Source: Candidatus Sumerlaeales bacterium
GTDB taxonomy: Bacteria; Sumerlaeota; Sumerlaeia; Sumerlaeales; Sumerlaeaceae
NCBI GenBank assembly: GCA_036675025.1
Contig: JAKFFN010000101.1
Span: 3,975 to 67,974, forward strand
DNA: 64,000 bases
Reading direction: 5' to 3'
The position numbers and the translations under genes were made by a program. The notes beneath the pieces were generated by a model that saw only the letters and a program-made list of their open reading frames with translations, was not told the DNA's origin and made no database searches. The stretch's first letter is position 1, and every line of letters begins with the position of its first letter. Shown in pieces: positions 57,293 to 64,000 of this stretch.

Positions 57293-58120
57293 TTGAGGTC
57301 GCCCATGCTCTACCGCAGATTTCTATCATCCCCAGCCGACACAGAATCTCCAAGCTGCTGTACAGAACACCTGGACCGGCTCCTGTTTGGTGACCCCGGA
57401 AATCCCTTAAAGAATTGCGACCGCTCAACCCTGCGCCCGTACGTGGAATGGCGGTATCAGCATCTGGAGCCGGCGCTTTTTGAAACATGGCAGCCCGGCA
57501 ATATACCTTTTATTGGCGACAGTCTTTCAGACATAGCCAGGTGCTATGACTGCCTGCCAGACCTCCCGGGTACCTTTAACTGCGGCATCCTCGGCTCCCG
57601 GATCTGCGACGCCCACTTCATTATCGATCAGTTGGAAGAGTCATTCCGGCACCGGGATCGAACCTTCCAGCCATCTCACCTGGTAATCCTGATTGGCACA
57701 AACGACCTTCTCCGCAGCGTCATCGACACCTTTAACAGCTTTCCCGATGCCACGCGCGAGCAGTATTACAGTCTGTTCAACCGCCTCGTCAAGTTTCGCG
57801 ACATCAACCAGTGCGAGATCATTTTCCGCTCAATTCCTCCAGGAGAGCCCATGGATCCGCCGCCTGAATGCCCCTGGGCTTACCATAAAAACGTGGAGGA
57901 GTTTAACCGGGCCGTGCGAGAGGCGAATGCGTTCCTCTATGAAACCTGTCACGATGACCGCTACGGTTTTAAGTTTATTGATGAGTATGATTTCTTCTGG
58001 GACAGTGAAACCGGCACCATCCGCTATCCCCTCTATCGCGGCAACGGAGATTACCTGCACTTTGGCTGCGAGGGCTACCGGCTGGTGTTTGACAATCTGC
58101 GGCGGTATCTTTACAAGTAG
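57293..58120 (+). CDS. SGNH/GDSL hydrolase family protein
   Basis: FIGDSLSD (block I GDS) and LVILIGTNDL (block III). Start codon uncertain. Confidence 0.65.
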   Translation: MRSPMLYRRFLSSPADTESPSCCTEHLDRLLFGDPGNPLKNCDRSTLRPYVEWRYQHLEPALFETWQPGNIPFIGDSLSDIARCYDCLPDLPGTFNCGILGSRICDAHFIIDQLEESFRHRDRTFQPSHLVILIGTNDLLRSVIDTFNSFPDATREQYYSLFNRLVKFRDINQCEIIFRSIPPGEPMDPPPECPWAYHKNVEEFNRAVREANAFLYETCHDDRYGFKFIDEYDFFWDSETGTIRYPLYRGNGDYLHFGCEGYRLVFDNLRRYLYK

Positions 58121-58308
58121 AAGAACCACAGCAATCCTGAATCGCGGCGCTATTGAGCCTTGGAAACTTTTCCCTTGTACATCAACCGGCGTGAGTTATC
58201 AATTTCCTTATCAGCACAAGAAAAGTGTTGGACAGCGGCTGATTGAACCGTTTAATCGGCCAACTTGTCTAAAGTCTAGTAATTGAGTCTGGAGGGCGGC
58301 TGACGGCT

Positions 58309-60261
58309 ATGGCGCCTAGAAAATGCCTGGGTATTGATGTTGGCACCACGAGTGTTAAGATTGCAGAGCTTACGGCTGAAAAGCGTGGAGCACGCGTAAC
58401 CAGAATGTTCCGCGGTGAGGTTCCGCTTCCGCCGGGTCCTCTTGATGCTGCGCGCATGGAAGAAATTGCCAAGGTTGTCCGGCAGATCATCAGCGCCAAC
58501 AAGATATCTACGAAAGATGCCGTTTTTTCTGTCCCCGGCCAGAACGTGTTCATCCGGCGCATCCGGTTTCCGCGCACTAATGAAGAGCGCATGCACCGCA
58601 TCGTTGCCTACGAGGCTAAGCAGCAAATCCCTTTTCCGCCTGAAAACTCCCTGATGGAGTACCAGGTTTTTGACTACGGTGATTCAGCCGAGGTCGAAGT
58701 ACTGCTCGCCGCGATTAAGACGGATATTGTTACGGACTTCATGAAGCTCGTAAACAAATGCGGTCTTCGCCCTGTCATGATTTCGGTTACATCGCTGGCC
58801 CTGTTTAACTTCCACGTGTTTGATAGCACCCCGTTTGCTGAGATGCTCGAGGCCATCAAGGAATCGCAGGAGCCAACCACAGCGGTTCCTGCCGCTGCCG
58901 CAGCCGAGCCAGCCAAAGAGGGCAAAAAGAAGGGCATGAAGCTTCCGAAGATGTCGTTCGGGAAGAAGAAGAAGCTTGATGCGGAAGACGTTGCGTCTGC
59001 TGAACCTCCCGAGGAAAGCGAAGTTCTTCACATTGAAGACTTGCCACCCGCCGATGACATGTTCGAAGAAGTTAAAGCGTATATTAACGTAGGCAGCCAG
59101 ACTTTCGACCTCGCTATTGCACGCCATGGTAAGCGCAAAATGCTGGGCTTTACGCGCAGTGTGCCATGGGCCGGCGGCGAACTTACTCGGCTATTGATGC
59201 AGCAGTTAAACATAGACGCGGCCCAGGCCGAGCAGCTTAAACGGACCGAAATCAGCCTGCCGAGCAGCGCTGACCTGGAACCAACAGCCTCAAATCCAGC
59301 TTCGGAAATCGCTAATAAGTGGGCCGAGCGAATGGTCCTGGAAATCCGGAAGTCCTTCGACTTCTACATTGCTCAACCCGATGGCATGGCAGTAGACAAC
59401 ATCGTCCTGAGCGGTGGAGGCGCCGAACTACCGGGTTTGACCAGTTTTATGGAAGATCGCCTGGGCGTGCCCGTAGAACTGCGCGAAGAGCCGCAGAATC
59501 CGGACCTTACCGTTTCTGAACGTCCAGAAAAGGAGTCGCTAACCTCGTTCCTTGTGGCCTTCGGTCTTGGCCTCAGCGGCCTTGGATATGGCCACGTAAG
59601 GTCCGACTTCCTGCCGCGCGATCTTAAGGTCGTCCGTGAGTTCAAAAAGAAGAAGGTTGAGCTCGCAATAATGGCGGCCATTCTGCTGGCCATGGTCGGT
59701 CTCAGCACTATGATCGGTACCAGCGAGATCAGCAACATGCGCAGCTGGCTGACCCAGAATGAGGGACAGCTCTCACAAGCCAGGACCGACGCCGGATTAC
59801 TATCAGCAGCCCGGGCTGACCGCCAGAGCGCAGCCACAAAGATAGAAGCTGTTGGCGCAGCCTTGGGCGACCGCAGCTTCCTCCTACAGTTAATGTCGAT
59901 TCTGGAAAGCCTGAAACCTGCCGGCGTTGCTTTTGATCGAATGGAGCTGCAGCCCGATGGCACCATTCGCATCGGAGGCACGGCCCAGAACGATCCGGCC
60001 TACACCAGCTTCCTTAACGCCCTTGCCACCACGCCTGATCTTATTGATCCTGCAAGTGTGACCACCACGCGCGCCGCTGCCGCAAATCCAGCTGCAGGCG
60101 CAACCCAGGTGGCTTTCTACATCACGGCTAAGATTCCCTGGAAGCAGACCCGTCTGGCTCCCGCACGCGTCACTCTCACCCCCGGCAACTGGACCCCCAC
60201 GCCTGCTTCCACTGGCACGCCGGGAATGGGAATGGGCATGATGGGTGGAATGATGATTTAA
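58309..60261 (+). CDS. type IV pilus assembly PilM-PilN fusion protein
   Basis: N-terminus CLGIDVGTTSVKIAEL (PilM actin-like ATPase) through IVLSGGGAELPGLTSFMEDRLGVPVE. Then a TM segment + coiled coil (PilN-like). RBS GGAGGG. Confidence 0.75.
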   Translation: MAPRKCLGIDVGTTSVKIAELTAEKRGARVTRMFRGEVPLPPGPLDAARMEEIAKVVRQIISANKISTKDAVFSVPGQNVFIRRIRFPRTNEERMHRIVAYEAKQQIPFPPENSLMEYQVFDYGDSAEVEVLLAAIKTDIVTDFMKLVNKCGLRPVMISVTSLALFNFHVFDSTPFAEMLEAIKESQEPTTAVPAAAAAEPAKEGKKKGMKLPKMSFGKKKKLDAEDVASAEPPEESEVLHIEDLPPADDMFEEVKAYINVGSQTFDLAIARHGKRKMLGFTRSVPWAGGELTRLLMQQLNIDAAQAEQLKRTEISLPSSADLEPTASNPASEIANKWAERMVLEIRKSFDFYIAQPDGMAVDNIVLSGGGAELPGLTSFMEDRLGVPVELREEPQNPDLTVSERPEKESLTSFLVAFGLGLSGLGYGHVRSDFLPRDLKVVREFKKKKVELAIMAAILLAMVGLSTMIGTSEISNMRSWLTQNEGQLSQARTDAGLLSAARADRQSAATKIEAVGAALGDRSFLLQLMSILESLKPAGVAFDRMELQPDGTIRIGGTAQNDPAYTSFLNALATTPDLIDPASVTTTRAAAANPAAGATQVAFYITAKIPWKQTRLAPARVTLTPGNWTPTPASTGTPGMGMGMMGGMMI

Positions 60262-60306
60262 GCTGCATCCCCACCAAATTCACAAAGCAAACCGTACAGG
60301 TAACCA

Positions 60307-60849
60307 ATGAGCGAAAAATCCGCACAAACAAAAAAGAAGTTAGCTAAGAATGCCGACAAGATCGTCATTGCCGTACTGGCACTGATCCTGGCTGGGCTGG
60401 CCTATGCATGGTGGCAGGAGCAGAATAATGCCCTGGGCGATGCAAGCGCGACGGGTAAGCCGGCAGCACTGACCGATCAGTTGGCTGAAAGCCCCGCCTT
60501 GAACATGCTCAGCAACATGTCGGCCAATCCAACACTGGAAAATGCTCCAGACATCCAGCGGGTGGCGCAATTAAACATGTTTGATTATACGGCCATTGAA
60601 GCGGAGAAAAGTCTCGAAGCCCAGTCGGCCCAGCAGCTTGAACAGGCCAAACAGCTCATTGAGAGCGGCCAGACCGACCAGGCGCGCGAACTTCTGCTGC
60701 AGGCGAAGGATGGCCTGGCCTGGCACCCTGACTTTAAGCAGACTCTGGATAAGGTGACAACTCCCACTGGCGAAGCCGCAATGACTGTGGACCCCGCAAT
60801 GTCACCCGATGGCACCATGCCGGCCGACGGCAGCGCACCGCCAATGTAA
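60307..60849 (+). CDS. single-pass membrane protein, possible pilus-assembly (PilO-position) component
   Basis: One TM helix (IVIAVLALILAGLAYAWW). Assigned only from its position downstream of pilMN. Confidence 0.4.
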   Translation: MSEKSAQTKKKLAKNADKIVIAVLALILAGLAYAWWQEQNNALGDASATGKPAALTDQLAESPALNMLSNMSANPTLENAPDIQRVAQLNMFDYTAIEAEKSLEAQSAQQLEQAKQLIESGQTDQARELLLQAKDGLAWHPDFKQTLDKVTTPTGEAAMTVDPAMSPDGTMPADGSAPPM

Positions 60850-60938
60850 TTGCGCTGGATCATTTCCAGCTCAAAAAGAAAAGCGGCGCGTTCCTCATTT
60901 TAGTGAACGCGCCGCAATTTTTTCATAACCACGGAAAG

Positions 60939-61604
60939 CTAGTCCAGCGGGACCTGCTTGGCTCCGGGGAAATTCGGACGAAAATCCGACGGTGAAAGCG
61001 AAGGATTGATCTCAAGGCTGCCGGTGTTCAGGCGCACCGTAAGGTCTGTATTGTCCGGCTGACGCATGGTAAACCGCGCGGGATAAAGTGACTGCTTGTC
61101 CACTTCCATGGCAATCGACTTAAAGCTGGCTTCAGCCGGGTTCCGAGGGATCAGCAGAACACCGTAACCGTTTTCCAGGCTCGATACTTTATAGACTTTG
61201 TTCACTTCGTCGGCCTTCGCACCAAACCCCAGAAGCAGATAGTTCAGGTCGCGCACGTTACTGTCGCCTTTGAACTGGTAGGTATTAACCTGGTTAAATT
61301 CCGGCACGTATTGATAGTACATGCGGTCGGAAATCAGCTGCACTGACGGCTTCTGACCCTGCTCCGCCTGGTAGACCGCCCGGAAGTAACTCGGCTTTAA
61401 AATCTGGAAACTGGCCGGAATGGTGGATTCCGTTTTAAACGTCGGATCTTTGCGGCTCTGGCTGAAGCTGCCAGCCACACTCTTAACATTGGCAAACTTT
61501 GATTCCATCTGGCGCAGAAGGTCGAGACCTTCGCCCTGGGCAACCGCCGTTGCTGATACCAGGCATGTAAGCAGAACTAAAGCGGTGAGTTTGAAGCTTT
61601 TCAT
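60939..61604 (-). CDS. LolA-like outer-membrane lipoprotein carrier family protein
   Basis: Start ATG 61604 (MKSFKLTALVLLTCLVSATAVA signal) after an AAAGGA SD. Composition and length fit the LolA/LppX fold. The track start at 61733 is rejected. Confidence 0.55.
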   Translation of the reverse strand: MKSFKLTALVLLTCLVSATAVAQGEGLDLLRQMESKFANVKSVAGSFSQSRKDPTFKTESTIPASFQILKPSYFRAVYQAEQGQKPSVQLISDRMYYQYVPEFNQVNTYQFKGDSNVRDLNYLLLGFGAKADEVNKVYKVSSLENGYGVLLIPRNPAEASFKSIAMEVDKQSLYPARFTMRQPDNTDLTVRLNTGSLEINPSLSPSDFRPNFPGAKQVPLD

Positions 61605-61820
61605 TACTGTTAGAGATCCTTTCAAAGGTGAAGCATATAATCCGCAATCCTGACAGTCAGGACACTGGATTGTTGCAGTTGACCTGCAAATAACATTTTG
61701 TATTCCATACAAGATTAAAGTGGCGCGAACCACTCTCCGCGATCCGCTACCGGCAGCACCTGCGAGTGTGCGCCGTAAAGCACGCCTAGCTGTGAATAGG
61801 GACTAAAACTGCACACTTTC

Positions 61821-62132
61821 ATGGTAACGCAACAGCACCGGGGCAGCGCAGAGATTGATATAGCGGCCCGTTCTACAAAAAACGTCTATGGCATGGCGGT
61901 TGCGCTACCAATTCCACTAGATAACGGAAAGGCGGGCGAAGAGATGAAACAATACCAGCAACATGCGGATCAGCATAATACAAACTTCAATAGCGTTCCG
62001 GTAGTTCGCCTGGATTCGGGAGCAATTCGAATCCCGGTTGAACTCATTGATAGCGTAATTGTGCCTTCCGGGAAAAAGACAACGCTACGGATCACAGTGA
62101 AGAAGGGTTCATACTGGGCATGGCGTTCCTGA
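61821..62132 (+). CDS. hypothetical protein
   Basis: ORF only. A bidirectional terminator lies downstream at 62173-62210. Confidence 0.25.
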   Translation: MVTQQHRGSAEIDIAARSTKNVYGMAVALPIPLDNGKAGEEMKQYQQHADQHNTNFNSVPVVRLDSGAIRIPVELIDSVIVPSGKKTTLRITVKKGSYWAWRS

Positions 62133-62172
62133 ATTCATTACCGTTTCACCGCAACAAATCTTACTTTTAACT

Positions 62173-62210
62173 AAAAATCCCCCGAGGGCCAAACTCGGGG
62201 GATTTTCTTT
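62173..62210. terminator. bidirectional rho-independent terminator
   Basis: AAAAATCCCCCGAG-ggccaaa-CTCGGGGGATTTTCTTT. Lies between convergent genes. Confidence 0.65.
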
Positions 62211-62228
62211 CATATCTGTTGAGCACTA

Positions 62229-63467
62229 CTACTGAGTGTCAGTGGTTGAAGCATCCATTGAAACCGGCCCGGGAGCCAGAACCAGGGGTGCGTTGGCAGC
62301 TGCCTGTTCCGCCGATGGAGGCGGTGCTACGGCCTGAGGAGCAGGCGTAGGAGCTGCCGCAGCAGTTGCAGCACTCGGGCGGCTTGCCGTTGCACCAGGC
62401 GTAACCGGCAACACAATTTTCCACTCATCATCTACTTTAATAAGATCAAATGTATGGCGAATCGTGCGCCCGTCTTCATAACCCAGTTCGGCTTCCACTT
62501 CGGCACCTTCACCACGAACAGCGCGGTTCACATAGGTAACCATGTTGACAGTTCCGTTGCCTGTTAGTGCGTCCAAAACAGCTTTCTGGCTCCCACTTGC
62601 TGCGCTCATCTCGCTTTCAAAGTACTTTTGCACTGTCGGCGCCAGCTGATCATGGGCCTTGCTATAGGAGCCATCATAGGCATGCTGTATAAATTCGGCC
62701 ACTACACTCGTTGCTTTGTCCAAGTTCTGCAACTTTGCTTCGCGCTCTTTTTCTATTTCGAGCTCTTCTTTGCTCTTTGTTGGCTTCTTGGAATCTTCGT
62801 CTTCTGCTTTTTCTCCGGCCTTACCTGATTCGACTTTCTTTGCGATCTTCTCAAGCGCCGAGGATTTCGAGCTGCTGTCGCTGGACGAATCTGAGGATTT
62901 CTTTTCAGAATCCGAATTGCGGCTGGACGAGGAGGAGGTGGGTTTCTTGCTCTCCGAGTCACTGCTTGAAGAGGAAGATTTGCGCTCATTGGAGTCAGAT
63001 GAAGAAGACCGGGAGCTGCTGCTGCCCGAGCGGCTGCTTGAAGATGAAGACCGGCTTCCGCGGTTATCATCATCGTCGTCACTGGAACTGCGGCGTCCGG
63101 ATGCCGGTGTCGGCGTAGGCGTGGGACGTCCTGGTGCCGGAGCTGCCTGCTGCGGCGGGTAATAGGGATTCGCCTGCATATTATAGGGCGGATACCCCGG
63201 GTATTGCTGCGCGGGCTGCTGCGGTTGCTGAGCCTGCTGCTGTTGCTGGGGGTAAGTAACGCCCGGGCGGTAGCCCTGGGGCGCGGAAGCAGGTTGAGCC
63301 ACTTCGCGAGAAGGATTCTGGATCTGCTGGCGTGTAGACGGTCCGCTGTTCCTTAAGCGCGAAAGCAGGCCGCGGGATTCTTCTGACGAAGCACCTGATG
63401 GCGCTGCACTTTGTGCAATGGCACCTGCGGCCATAGCAATACAAGCGACGATAAGTAGGTTACGCAT
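62229..63467 (-). CDS. secreted low-complexity protein (Q/P-rich, then poly-Ser/Asp/Lys, then DUF4878-like C-terminal domain)
   Basis: Signal peptide MRNLLIVACIAMAAGAIAQS. ~170-aa S-rich disordered region. Folded C-terminal domain (VAEFIQHAYDGSYSKAHDQL...DEWKIV). Confidence 0.6.
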   Translation of the reverse strand: MRNLLIVACIAMAAGAIAQSAAPSGASSEESRGLLSRLRNSGPSTRQQIQNPSREVAQPASAPQGYRPGVTYPQQQQQAQQPQQPAQQYPGYPPYNMQANPYYPPQQAAPAPGRPTPTPTPASGRRSSSDDDDDNRGSRSSSSSSRSGSSSSRSSSSDSNERKSSSSSSDSESKKPTSSSSSRNSDSEKKSSDSSSDSSSKSSALEKIAKKVESGKAGEKAEDEDSKKPTKSKEELEIEKEREAKLQNLDKATSVVAEFIQHAYDGSYSKAHDQLAPTVQKYFESEMSAASGSQKAVLDALTGNGTVNMVTYVNRAVRGEGAEVEAELGYEDGRTIRHTFDLIKVDDEWKIVLPVTPGATASRPSAATAAAAPTPAPQAVAPPPSAEQAAANAPLVLAPGPVSMDASTTDTQ

Positions 63468-63604
63468 TAATAATTTTCCTTTCCGCGAGACATCCCAAAC
63501 TTAAGGATCTCCCCTGCGGACGATCAGTTGAACTGTGATTTACTAAGTGAGAATTTGCCAAATCAACAACGGATTACCTGATGTTGGAAAAGCCCGTCAA
63601 GCTA

Positions 63605-64000
63605 TCATCCACCGGTTTCTACCCGGTCGCCGGCCGGACTCTTCGCCACTTTTACCATTGCCGGCCTCAGTAGCTTCTCTTTGTATATATAGCCAGGCAA
63701 CAGAACTTCGCAAACGTGGTTTTCCGCCACATCCGTACGCTCTTCGGAGGCCAGTGCGTCATGCTGGTTTGGATTAAACGGCTGGTTGAGGGCCTGAACC
63801 TGGTGTAAACCCTCTGCTTCCAGTACACGCTGCAACTGTGTAAAGATCATCTGGATGCCATCCCGTACTGGCTTTACATCTGTCGCATTGGCCGCACTGG
63901 CCAGGGCGCGCTCGAAATTATCTACCACCGACAACAATTTCGACAGCACAGTTTCGCCGGCCAGGTCGCGGATCTGGTCTTTCTCGCGCTGCGTTCGCTT
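63605..64000 (-). CDS. grpE: nucleotide exchange factor GrpE, 5'-truncated by window end
   Basis: LLSVVDNFERAL and the C-terminal PGYIYKEKLLRPAMVKVAK match GrpE. The reading frame stays open to the window edge. Confidence 0.85.
   Translation of the reverse strand, partial: KRTQREKDQIRDLAGETVLSKLLSVVDNFERALASAANATDVKPVRDGIQMIFTQLQRVLEAEGLHQVQALNQPFNPNQHDALASEERTDVAENHVCEVLLPGYIYKEKLLRPAMVKVAKSPAGDRVETGG

Noticed and set aside
61605-61733. N-terminal 43 aa (MVRATLILYGIQNVICRSTATIQCPDCQDCGLYASPLKGSLTV) of track ORF 60939..61733
   Set aside because: The internal ATG at 61604 gives a canonical signal peptide and follows an AAAGGA SD. The upstream extension has no start context.
62716-63162. Acidic E/L/S-rich + strand ORF
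   Set aside because: Antisense of the poly-Ser region of the 62229..63467 secreted protein, which has a signal peptide and a folded C-terminal domain.
1-64000. tRNA, rRNA, CRISPR, integrase/transposase genes
   Set aside because: Scanned by eye for T-loop (GGTTCGAATCC-like) motifs, rRNA signatures, spaced repeats and recombinase domains. None were found in this window.

Overview
This 64-kb window is a high-GC bacterial chromosomal segment, called here by manual reading of the ORF track and the raw sequence. Features that fit a PVC-superphylum (Verrucomicrobia-like) origin: two tandem GspG-like pseudopilin paralogs, a PilM-PilN fusion, Tat-signal PhoD-like and sulfatase genes, a heparinase-II/III-like lyase, and many K/A/P-rich low-complexity protein tails. 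Core genes: rpoB-rpoC, glmU, ptsH, scpA-scpB, trpS, valS, recJ, lysA, partial grpE and partial LD-carboxypeptidase. Accessory content: an MBOAT + SGNH O-acylation pair; an orphan short atpC; a VapC/Phd toxin-antitoxin pair; a nucleotidyltransferase + small-protein pair; and an FHA-GAF sigma54 activator next to an orphan LivJ-like binding protein. The most unusual stretch is about 39.3-48.5 kb: a secreted beta-helix protein plus a Trp-rich repeat protein, three tandem ~97-bp structured repeats, a PAS-GGDEF gene, and a ~0.7-kb nested macro-repeat. These sit immediately upstream of a tightly coupled three-gene cluster: an HprK-related P-loop kinase with a low-GC, repeat-containing 5' segment; a radical-SAM/SPASM-like enzyme fused to a PF14907-type nucleotidyltransferase; and a Ppx/GppA phosphatase. 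This looks like a RiPP/lasso-type tailoring set without a lasso cyclase, and is the best candidate for an undescribed system. Several short-period tandem repeats (7-mer, 9-mer, CTTCTCACC) and strong hairpins lie in intergenic regions. No tRNA, rRNA or CRISPR was recognised.
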